17,830 bases of DNA from an uncultured bacterium (GTDB lineage: Bacteria; CSSED10-310; CAZUFC01), in the NCBI GenBank assembly GCA_964619725.1, contig CAZUFC010000155.1:1-17830 (forward strand), in the 5' to 3' direction. Numbering within the stretch: the stretch's first letter is position 1; the number at the start of each line of letters is the position of its first letter. The notes below the pieces were generated by a model. The model made no database searches. It saw nothing but the letters and a program-made list of their open reading frames with translations, and was not told the DNA's origin. Position numbers and translations under genes: made by a program. Positions 8,107 through 16,148 of the stretch are shown here, in pieces.

Positions 8107-8303
8107 TGATTGGATATTGGTACGGACAGATGCGGATATTTACGGAGAAAAATCACCGGAAATATCCGCAGAAAGTATGGCTTGTACACGCAAAAAGGTG
8201 CGGACAAGTGCGGCTATCGGACAACATTCGGCTAAATCCTGGCCGCAAACTTCCGCAAATGGCCGGATATGGCCGTATTCAGCCGTACCTGGCCGAAAGG
8301 AGG
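8107..8303. other. Conserved structured element downstream of VR2, ending in an AGGAGG ribosome-binding site
   Basis: Near-identical to 3836-4032. Confidence 0.6.
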
Positions 8304-8315
8304 AGACGCGATATA

Positions 8316-8648
8316 TTGTTGAGCGTTAAAGAAACCGCCGCAATGTTGGGTTTCAGCGAACGTCACGTCCGGTATCTGCTCTTGAATGAGTTCATACCGG
8401 GTCGTAAGCGGGGGAAATCCTGGGTTATACGGCGGTCTGATCTGGTTTCCGTTTTTCCCGAACTGCAGAGCGACGTTGAGAAAAAGATCGGCGAAATACG
8501 CGAGGTGACCGAAAAGGTCCTGGAAAAAACGGCGAAAAAAGCCGGCGGACGATCTTTCCGGGCGATACGCGATATGAGAGTGATACAGAAAGCGGCTGCG
8601 GCGTTTAATGAGATCAATGATCTTAAAAATTCAGGATTGTACATCTGA
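8316..8648 (+). CDS. Excisionase-like helix-turn-helix (HTH_17) protein, possibly C-terminally truncated
   Basis: AGGAGG at 8298-8303 precedes TTG 8316 (or 8319). LSVKETAAMLGFSERHVRYLL...IPGRKRGKSWVIRRSDL is a typical HTH_17 pattern. The ORF-track start at 8103 runs through the non-coding repeat. Confidence 0.75.
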   Translation: MLSVKETAAMLGFSERHVRYLLLNEFIPGRKRGKSWVIRRSDLVSVFPELQSDVEKKIGEIREVTEKVLEKTAKKAGGRSFRAIRDMRVIQKAAAAFNEINDLKNSGLYI

Positions 8649-8814
8649 AGGATCAAACGAGCCGGAGACTATGGATGACAATTCAGCAAAACAATTAACG
8701 AACGCAGAAACAATCAGGAAATCACGCCGTTGCTTCCCGCATTTAATAATTAAAATCTCCCCGATTGCGGCTTTTGAGGTTACAATTCGAAAGAATCGTC
8801 TGTCATTTTGTTTC

Positions 8815-8935
8815 GATTTCGATCACGATTGCTATACCGATGCCGATACCGATTGCGAATCCGACCCCGATACCGATACCGACACCGATACCGATTGCGA
8901 TACCGACCCCCGATACCGACACCGATACCGATTAC
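8815..8935 (+). repeat. Tandem array of about 20 degenerate hexamers (consensus GAYNCC/GATACC)
   Basis: GATTTC GATCAC GATTGC TATACC GATGCC GATACC ... GATTAC, with one 1-nt slip at ~8911. Confidence 0.9.
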
Positions 8936-9229
8936 TGAAAAAAACTGTCAAACGTTTTGAAAGAAGTGTAACCACTGTTTGATCAGTCCCTAAAAAAGTA
9001 AAATCCCGGCTTAATCAGTCGCAAAAAAATGTAACCTCGAAACACGGATATCTGATCATCTCCGGAATTTATAAAGCAAACAAAATGAATTCTGTTGTCC
9101 TTTCCGGCCCGGATTTCTCATATAAAAATTGATATCCGTCTCACCGGGCCGTCAATTTCGATCTGATCGGAAAACATCACGGTTGCGTTACAATATTATT
9201 GATTTTCGGTTAAAAATCCGAAAAAATAA

Positions 9230-9268
9230 TTGACAAATCGGACAGGAAATACTACTCTTTTGAGTAGT
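9230..9268 (+). promoter_or_regulatory. Sigma70-type lexA promoter with an overlapping palindromic operator candidate
   Basis: TTGACA (9230-9235), 17 bp, TACTCT (9253-9258). Palindrome ACTACTC-TTTT-GAGTAGT (9251-9268) covers the -10 box. Confidence 0.65.
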
Positions 9269-9272
9269 TATT

Positions 9273-9887
9273 ATGAAAAAGCCCACTAAAAGACAAAAGC
9301 AGATTCTCCGCTACATCAGGGATACATTGAATTCCGGGAGACCGGCGCCGACCGTCAGGGAGATCAGTGAACATTTCGGATTCGCCAGTACCCGAAGCGT
9401 GCGGGACCATCTTGCGGCTTTGGAACGTAAAGGCTGCATAATCAGGACTCCTCGTAAAGCGCGTGCCATAAGTCTTCCTGAAAACAGACAAATGGCTGAG
9501 GGGTTGAGTTATATCCCTGTATACGGCAGAATATCGGCTGGAATTCCAGTGAGTGAAACTCAGCATCAGGATAATGTGATAACTCTGGATATAGAGTCGC
9601 TGGGGGTCAAAAAAACGAAAAATATGTTTGCTTTGAAAGTGATGGGAGATTCCATGACGGGTCGCGGAATATTCGACGGCGACATAATCATTTTCGATCC
9701 CGAAAAAAAGCCGGAACATGGGGATGTAGTCGCTGCTCTTATCGACAAAGAATCAACTGTGAAGACTCTTGTAAAACGAGATGGGCGAATATTTCTGAAG
9801 CCGGAGAATATTCGTCATAAAGAGCTGATACCCGTAGACGAGCTTCGCATTCAAGGCACAGCCAGTTTAGCGATTCGTAAAATATGA
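9273..9887 (+). CDS. lexA: LexA transcriptional repressor
   Basis: wHTH motif PTVREISEHFGFAST..V..HL.ALERKG; Ala-Gly cleavage site (ISAGIP); catalytic Ser (GDSM) and Lys (TVKT). Confidence 0.93.
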   Translation: MKKPTKRQKQILRYIRDTLNSGRPAPTVREISEHFGFASTRSVRDHLAALERKGCIIRTPRKARAISLPENRQMAEGLSYIPVYGRISAGIPVSETQHQDNVITLDIESLGVKKTKNMFALKVMGDSMTGRGIFDGDIIIFDPEKKPEHGDVVAALIDKESTVKTLVKRDGRIFLKPENIRHKELIPVDELRIQGTASLAIRKI

Positions 9888-9899
9888 GAAAGGCCGGAC

Positions 9900-12800
9900 A
9901 TGCAAGTTGCACAGACTTATGATCCGAATGAAATAATAGAGAAGCACACGGAAACTCCTTCAGGGATGACCTTTTATAATTCGTTGGAGGCGATAACATC
10001 CGAGCCGCGACTTTATCAGTATTCTCATCTGTTGATAAAGGCCTGGAAAGAGATGCAATTATCAGGAATTCTATGCGTGGACGGAGCGCCGACTCTTTAT
10101 TTGCGGATGACCGACGGAAAAATTGATGCACAGAAGGCCCAGGAATATCAAAGGTTATTTTGGAACCAGGGAACGGCTTCTTTGCTGGTATTGGTCGATT
10201 CTCAAAACGTGAGAATTTTTTCGGGTATGTCTGTACCGGGCAAGCCGGGAGATGAATCGGCGACAGGAGCCGGTCTGGTCGAAAAAATTGACCAGGCTGA
10301 ATATGCAATCGGAATTCATGATTTTTATATCCGTCTGGGTACCGGCGCCTATTACAGGCAACATGAAAACAAATTTCGAAAGAAACAAACCGTAGACGTT
10401 TATCTGCTCGAAAATCTCAGAGCGCTAAGAAATTTATTCACTCGCAATAAAAACCGAATGCCTGTTGAAGTTGCACACGCTTTTTTAACCCGCCTGCTTT
10501 TTACCTGTTACCTTATAGATCGCGGTATAATTGATTTAACAGATTATGGATGCGATGCCCGTTCACGTTTGATCCACATGCTTGACATCGGAAATTTAGT
10601 TGAGTCGAAACAAATGCTGTATAAACTTTTTAACGACCTGAAAGATAAATTCAACGGCAGTATGTTTGATTGCTCATCAGAAGAAGAGTCAGCATTCACA
10701 CTGGAACATTTAGATGCGGTCGTCAGATTTCTGAAAGGCCATGAGATTTCTACAGGACAGCTTACGCTGGGGTTCTGGGCTTATGATTTCGAATGGATAC
10801 CCGTGGAAACAATAAGCGCCGTATATGAAGATTTCCTTAAAAGTGAAAATGAAACGGAAAAAAGAAGCAGCGGCGCTTATTACACTCCGAAATTCCTGGC
10901 TGAAACCGTTATCGGAGTCACTCTGGAAAAACAGACTTCATTGAAAAACAGGAAATTTTTTGATCCGGCATGCGGATCAGGCATATTTCTGGTTATTTTG
11001 TTCAACCGGTTGGCTTATGAATGGATGGACCGTCATCCCTCGGCGGATTACCAAACAAAAGCGGATGCTCTATTGGGGATACTCGAACATCAGATATTCG
11101 GCATGGACATTAATGAAACGGCATGCAGGATCGCCGGGTTCAGTCTTTATCTCGCTTTTCTGGACTGCTTCGATCCGCCTGACATCACAGAATACATGGA
11201 GCATACAGGAAAAAAATTGCCCAGGATTATTCAATACGATTCGCAAGACAAACCAAAGCCGGATTTTCCTGTGATCAGGAAAGCCGATTATCTTGAATTA
11301 TATTCTGAATACAACGCTAAATTCGACTATATCGTCGGTAATCCGCCCTGGTCAGGATCAGGAAAAGAAAGAACCGAACGGAAATTTACCGTTTTAATTC
11401 CGAAATCATTAACACATGAAGGAAAAGCATGTATTCTGCTGCCTGCCAGACTTTTTCTTAATAAAAAACTGGTCTCATTTCAAAAGGAGTGGCTGAAAAG
11501 GGTAACTCTTGAAAAAGTAATACAATTGGCTGATTTCCGTAAAATACTTTTTAAACATGCCAGGTGTCCGGGCATGATCGTCAGATTCACGGCAAAACCG
11601 CCGGCATCGGGTTCTATTCCGATTGAGTATGAAGTACCGAAAGTATCGAGAACAGACCCGCGGGAGGGCAAGATACAAGTCTTTCCGGCAGACAGAAAAT
11701 GCATTCGCCTGGGAGAACTGTTAGCTGCCGGCGAAGATGAAGAAATTCCGATGATATGGAAAAAGTATCTATGGGGCACTTCGAGAGATCAAAAATTCTT
11801 GCAGTTGTTGAGGGTTATGCCCGCTCTGGGGGAAATAGCCGGAAGCTCAAAAGTTGCTAAGAGATGGGTATGCGGCTCTGGATTGAAACCTTACAGGACA
11901 AGGATCAGCGGTAAACAAAAGCCTGGATGGTGGAAAGAATCACATTTGTTCGTGAAAAACGATTCAAATTTCCCGGGTCTATTCTTGCTTGAGTCGGATT
12001 GTGAAAAGATCGGCGACCGTTTTCAGAGCCTGGAGCGGACCAGGGAACCTAAAATTTTCCAGCCGCCGCTGATCATATTAAACACCGGATTCACAAAAAC
12101 AGCATTTTGTTCTTTTCCGGCGCTTTTTCAACACTCATTGTATTCAATAAGCGGTCCGGCTGAAGATGAGGAGCTATTGCTGTTTTTAACGGCTTATTTA
12201 CGATCGAAGTTAGCCAAGTATTTTTTATTTCATACAGCAGCCAATTGGGGGACGGAACGAACCAAGGTTCATCTTTTTGAATTGCTGAGGTTGCCGTTTC
12301 CTCTGCCGGGAAATGAATTCGTCCATCCGGATTCCAAGGATATCGTTAAAGTCGTCGTCCATAAAATGAGAGAATTCAAAACTTTTTTGTATGATCTCTA
12401 TGATCAGGCCGATAAGAATGACCATACTCCATTTTCATCAACAACCAGGAAAAAAATTAAAGAACTGCGAGAACAAAAAGAAAAGGTTCTGCAGTCGGAA
12501 CTGGATAATCTGATTAATAAGTATTTCAATTTAATCGACCAGGAGATCGTATTAATAGAAGATACGACGAATATTTTTATACCGAGTTCCACACCGGACC
12601 GTTCAGAAGCCGAAATAAAGACGCTGATTCCCATAATCGGCAACAATATTAAGTCATACGAGGACGGATTATCCGCTTATGCAGAAACGTTATTGAAAAC
12701 ACTTAATCAATGGGCGTTAGAGAGCGGATCAGAAATTCAAGTTCAGGCGACTGGATATGCTGACGGCAAAACCCTGGCCATGATCACTTTGGAACAGACT

Positions 12801-13067
12801 GCAACTCCGAAGACTTTTGAACAGAAAAATATGGAGGATAGGCTGAAGAGAGTATTGAAAAAATTACAGATGAGGGCCACGGAGCAGTCCGGCCGCTTGG
12901 ATTATTTAAGAGGTATCATCATATTCGAAGGACAGGTCATTCATATCGTAAAACCCCTGGAACTTGTGCATTGGACAAGGACAGCAGCCCTTAACGACGC
13001 CGCTGAAATATACGCAAGAACGGCAAGAGCAAGACGAGAAAAAGATCATGTACCGCACAGATGCTGA
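9900..13067 (+). CDS. Large N6-adenine DNA methyltransferase (type IIG / Eco57I-like architecture with TRD-like C-terminus)
   Basis: GAYYTP, motif I FDPACGSGIF, motif IV IVGNPPW, FNGSMFD, IPVETISAVYE. Confidence 0.88.
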   Translation: MQVAQTYDPNEIIEKHTETPSGMTFYNSLEAITSEPRLYQYSHLLIKAWKEMQLSGILCVDGAPTLYLRMTDGKIDAQKAQEYQRLFWNQGTASLLVLVDSQNVRIFSGMSVPGKPGDESATGAGLVEKIDQAEYAIGIHDFYIRLGTGAYYRQHENKFRKKQTVDVYLLENLRALRNLFTRNKNRMPVEVAHAFLTRLLFTCYLIDRGIIDLTDYGCDARSRLIHMLDIGNLVESKQMLYKLFNDLKDKFNGSMFDCSSEEESAFTLEHLDAVVRFLKGHEISTGQLTLGFWAYDFEWIPVETISAVYEDFLKSENETEKRSSGAYYTPKFLAETVIGVTLEKQTSLKNRKFFDPACGSGIFLVILFNRLAYEWMDRHPSADYQTKADALLGILEHQIFGMDINETACRIAGFSLYLAFLDCFDPPDITEYMEHTGKKLPRIIQYDSQDKPKPDFPVIRKADYLELYSEYNAKFDYIVGNPPWSGSGKERTERKFTVLIPKSLTHEGKACILLPARLFLNKKLVSFQKEWLKRVTLEKVIQLADFRKILFKHARCPGMIVRFTAKPPASGSIPIEYEVPKVSRTDPREGKIQVFPADRKCIRLGELLAAGEDEEIPMIWKKYLWGTSRDQKFLQLLRVMPALGEIAGSSKVAKRWVCGSGLKPYRTRISGKQKPGWWKESHLFVKNDSNFPGLFLLESDCEKIGDRFQSLERTREPKIFQPPLIILNTGFTKTAFCSFPALFQHSLYSISGPAEDEELLLFLTAYLRSKLAKYFLFHTAANWGTERTKVHLFELLRLPFPLPGNEFVHPDSKDIVKVVVHKMREFKTFLYDLYDQADKNDHTPFSSTTRKKIKELREQKEKVLQSELDNLINKYFNLIDQEIVLIEDTTNIFIPSSTPDRSEAEIKTLIPIIGNNIKSYEDGLSAYAETLLKTLNQWALESGSEIQVQATGYADGKTLAMITLEQTATPKTFEQKNMEDRLKRVLKKLQMRATEQSGRLDYLRGIIIFEGQVIHIVKPLELVHWTRTAALNDAAEIYARTARARREKDHVPHRC

Positions 13068-13713
13068 AGGATTCATCCCGTTATTTCCACAGGATGAGAT
13101 ACCCTCGATTATCATAGAAGTGTTGACGTATGCGAGAAACCTGCGAAAAAGATCGGAAACTGACCACGAAAATCAATTAACTCAGCGATTGTTTCGCATG
13201 ATTATAAATTCAGAACGGCACAGGTCCAGTCCCGCCCGGTTGCACCTGGAGCTTGAATACCATATCTTCGGCAGAGAGAATACAGATGAAGACCCGAATA
13301 TGTACAAGGTTGACCTGGCTTATGTATGGGGTTCTCAACACTATGTTTATTTCGGGATAGAAGCCAAAAGACTCCATGTCAGGTTTGATTCAGGCCGGCG
13401 ATCCCTGATCGGTAATTATGTCACAGGCGACCAGGGAATGATGTGTTTCATCAGCGGCAGATATTCGGCAGGTCAACAATCGGCCGCCATGCTGGGATAT
13501 GTTTTCGACGGCGCCGTTTCAGCCGCTGCGGACGGCATCTCCGGGATGATTAATAAAAATCGTAATATTCTAAGAATGAGACAAAATGAGGGAATGAGCA
13601 TATCAGCTATACTTGATGGGATGGACTTCAATTCCGAAAATTCCGTTGGTGAAACCGTTCATGAGTTGGAGAGAGGCGAATTCGTACTGTATCATCTTCT
13701 TGTACCCGTTTGA
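13048..13713 (+). CDS. Putative PD-(D/E)XK-fold nuclease coupled to the methyltransferase
   Basis: Pattern E..LT...LELE...KVDLAY...FGIEAKRL. ATG 13048 overlaps the MTase 3' end by 20 nt. The ORF-track start at 12964 is less likely. Confidence 0.65.
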   Translation: MYRTDAEGFIPLFPQDEIPSIIIEVLTYARNLRKRSETDHENQLTQRLFRMIINSERHRSSPARLHLELEYHIFGRENTDEDPNMYKVDLAYVWGSQHYVYFGIEAKRLHVRFDSGRRSLIGNYVTGDQGMMCFISGRYSAGQQSAAMLGYVFDGAVSAAADGISGMINKNRNILRMRQNEGMSISAILDGMDFNSENSVGETVHELERGEFVLYHLLVPV

Positions 13714-13810
13714 GGAGTTCGGCGAAAGGCGGGCAGATGATGAAACCCGGATATCGGAAAGCGAACAGACGAACTGATCAAACCGGGGTTACGCTTCTTT
13801 CATTGTTTCA

Positions 13811-13852
13811 ATAGTCGGGATCGGTATAGGGATCGTGATCGGAGTCGAAACC
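13811..13852 (-). repeat. Short GAYNCC hexamer array, inverted relative to 8809-8935
   Basis: Reverse complement reads GGTTTC GACTCC GATCAC GATCCC TATACC GATCCC GACTAT. Confidence 0.7.
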
Positions 13853-14023
13853 AATAATAACCATGAGTTTTCCGCCATAAACCTTTCAGTACGATCATAC
13901 AAAACCCGTCGCTGCCGTATTGTCGGATGCTCTGAAAAATTAGTTTGTCGCTCACGCACGGCATCCATTCTTGCGGCGACAAAAGTTGACAATTTCACTT
14001 TGACAGATTAAATTTCTTATACT

Positions 14024-14484
14024 ATGTGGATTGGCAGAGAATTAAGCAGTATCTTGAAAGAAGTCGTTAAAACATTTCCTGCAGTCGTTTTAACGGGACC
14101 AAGGCAAACGGGTAAAACATCGATTCTTGAAAAGCATTTTCCCGATTACAGTTATGCGGCGCGTTGTGGGAAAACTACGTAGTCATTCAATGGTTGAAAT
14201 ATCGCGACTGGCACGATTCGTCCATCGGGTTGTGGTATTGGCGCGACCAGAGCGGCGCCGAAGTCGACCTGCTGCTGGAAAGAAACCAGAAACTCACACC
14301 CATCGAATGTAAATGTACGGAAAAACCAGGATCAAAAGCCTTGCATGGAATAAAAAAACTGAAGAAGTTTTACGGAGACGACACGATCAGGCAATCATTC
14401 ACAGCTTGTCCCATAGAACTGGGATACGAAATCGAACCGGGTCATAGCGTCGAATCAGGATGGAAAATATGGAATATAGAATAG
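14024..14484 (+). pseudogene. AAA_14 ATPase / DUF4143 gene with a large internal deletion and frameshift
   Basis: From 14024: MWIGRELSSILKEVVKTFPAVVLTGPRQTGKTSILEKHFPDYSY (Walker A). Joined out of frame at ~14156 to GALWENYV...YWRDQSGAEVDLLLE...PIECK (DUF4143 C-terminus). Confidence 0.85.
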
Positions 14485-14814
14485 TCCGGGATACATACAA
14501 ATATTCATTTGGAATGATCAAACGGGGTTTGCGCTTTTTAATGAAACGCTTGAATGATTGAAATCCTCTGTTTCTTTCATCAATATAGCCCTTTGTTTCG
14601 GGTCGGGGTCGGGATAGAATAATCACGAGGAGATAAGCGTTGTCCTGATAATATTTTCAAAGCTTTGTAATTATTCAAGGCTGCAAAAATTGCTGCATCG
14701 AAACGCGGATATCTGATCAGCGCCGAAATACGGAAAAATTGTAACCGCAAAAGACGCATTTTTGATCAATGCCGATTTTTGGAAATTTTACTCTTCGTAT
14801 GATCAGGGCCTTAT

Positions 14815-14843
14815 TTTTCATTAGCGCGTTTTTTGACTATAAT
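14815..14843 (+). promoter_or_regulatory. Possible sigma70 promoter for the gene at 14892
   Basis: TTTTCA, 17 bp, TATAAT (14838-14843). RBS AGGAG at 14881-14885. Confidence 0.4.
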
Positions 14844-14891
14844 AGACAATGAGAAAGGATTCGAATTCCCGCCTCTATAGAGGAGTCAGTC

Positions 14892-16145
14892 ATGAAGATC
14901 AAGGACTGTTTCAATGCTTCAATAGTTTTTCCGCTATTGGTTTTATGGTTTATAACAATATATGCGGACACGGTGGGCGCTTCCACGATTCAGGGACATT
15001 TTTACCTGGAAAACCAAACGGACCATTCAGGCATTAAGGTGATCCTGGGCGCCTCCCAAACTATACCTGCCTTCACTTTTTCCGGCATCGGCATTCTGGT
15101 TTTGATGCTGGGTTTTCTTTTGAAAGGAGCTCGGCGCAAGATGAAGGCAATAGGCCTGGGGCTTCTTCTAACCGGGGTTTATTGTTATGCGGACGTGCAT
15201 GACGAGACGGCGACGGAGTCTGACGGCAGCTTTGTTTTTACGGACGTTTCTCACGGGGTTTACCGAATCGAAGCATCCCGGGAATGTTATAAAACGGAAA
15301 AAATCGACCCGGTTAACGTTTATTCCGATTTAATCACGCCTGGTCCGATCACATTGCCTGATATGAATCTGTATAATGAATCGCGCATGCCCTGTAATTT
15401 GCTGTGGATAGATCATGCTCAAATCGATTATAATAATAATTCGTGTCCTCATACCTTCACCGGCGAGTTGTCCTGTCTCTGCAGCGGCAACGGAGCGGGC
15501 GGCGTTCCTTTTTTACCGGCGGATTTCGCCGATGGAATGGCGGACGGCTATGTCCTCGAATTATCCGTGTCCGAACCTGTCGGAGGTTCACACTGGAATT
15601 ATTGGGTTTCCGCTTATCCCGAAGATTATGGATGTTCCGGCCGTTTCTCCTATTATTCCGCCTACGGAAGCTGCATGCGCAGTTTTGTTCGTGGAGCGGA
15701 TATCGGAGGAGAGCCGGGGTACGAAGACCTGCCTGTCATATCTCATATGGAACCGGAACCGACGGCTTACTGGATAACATATCTGATCTATAATGCAGAA
15801 TTTTGCTATTATATGAATTCTTTACCTCACACTTATACCGGTAAAATCGGATGGCTTGAAACAGGACACGGCGCCGGAGAATACAGTTTTCTCTGTCCCA
15901 TCATAGAAGACGGACAGGCGTATGGATATCAATATTACCTGGAGGCGGGCGATTATTACAATGGAACTTACCACAGCTTCTGGGCTGCCGCCTGGCCCAT
16001 TGAATACGGCGACGATACTATCATGAGCTTCTACGTCGACGACTCCGGCATAATCAGAAGCGGCGACGTCGACGGCGAAGCCGGTTCAATTGAACTGCCC
16101 GTCGCCGAACCTTATGATCCCGTCTGCCCGCCCCGGCCGTTCTAG
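14892..16145 (+). CDS. Exported/membrane protein: carboxypeptidase-regulatory-like beta-sandwich interrupted by an IPTL-CTERM-like hydrophobic insert, plus two pilin/DUF2950-like repeats
   Basis: Signal-peptide-like N-terminus; IPAFTFSGIGILVLMLGFLLKGARRK; TATESDGSFVFTDVSHGVYRIEASRECY; duplicated A..Y..NS.PHT[FY]TG...L..G.GAG...DG.A.GY...W..A.P..YG motif; good RBS. Confidence 0.75.
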   Translation: MKIKDCFNASIVFPLLVLWFITIYADTVGASTIQGHFYLENQTDHSGIKVILGASQTIPAFTFSGIGILVLMLGFLLKGARRKMKAIGLGLLLTGVYCYADVHDETATESDGSFVFTDVSHGVYRIEASRECYKTEKIDPVNVYSDLITPGPITLPDMNLYNESRMPCNLLWIDHAQIDYNNNSCPHTFTGELSCLCSGNGAGGVPFLPADFADGMADGYVLELSVSEPVGGSHWNYWVSAYPEDYGCSGRFSYYSAYGSCMRSFVRGADIGGEPGYEDLPVISHMEPEPTAYWITYLIYNAEFCYYMNSLPHTYTGKIGWLETGHGAGEYSFLCPIIEDGQAYGYQYYLEAGDYYNGTYHSFWAAAWPIEYGDDTIMSFYVDDSGIIRSGDVDGEAGSIELPVAEPYDPVCPPRPF

Positions 16146-16148
16146 CGT

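Larger units (their letters stand above)
7338..8303 (+). repeat. Direct repeat copy 2
   Basis: Pairs with 3067-4032 at a constant offset of 4271 bp. Confidence 0.95.

Noticed and set aside
8703-8732. CGCAGAAACAATCAGGAAATCACGCCGTTG resembles the 3' end of the predicted DGR template repeat
   Set aside because: Similarity covers only about 20 nt, needs indels, and upstream bases mismatch the VRs at non-A positions. Likely chance, though a heavily decayed remnant cannot be excluded.
8608-8982. 124-aa ORF with a DTDTD tract
   Set aside because: The low-complexity tract is the translation of the hexamer array; no RBS or recognisable domain.
13789-13998. Short minus-strand ORFs (69 and 60 aa)
   Set aside because: No recognisable family, and the 3' part is hexamer-repeat translation (PITIPIPIP).
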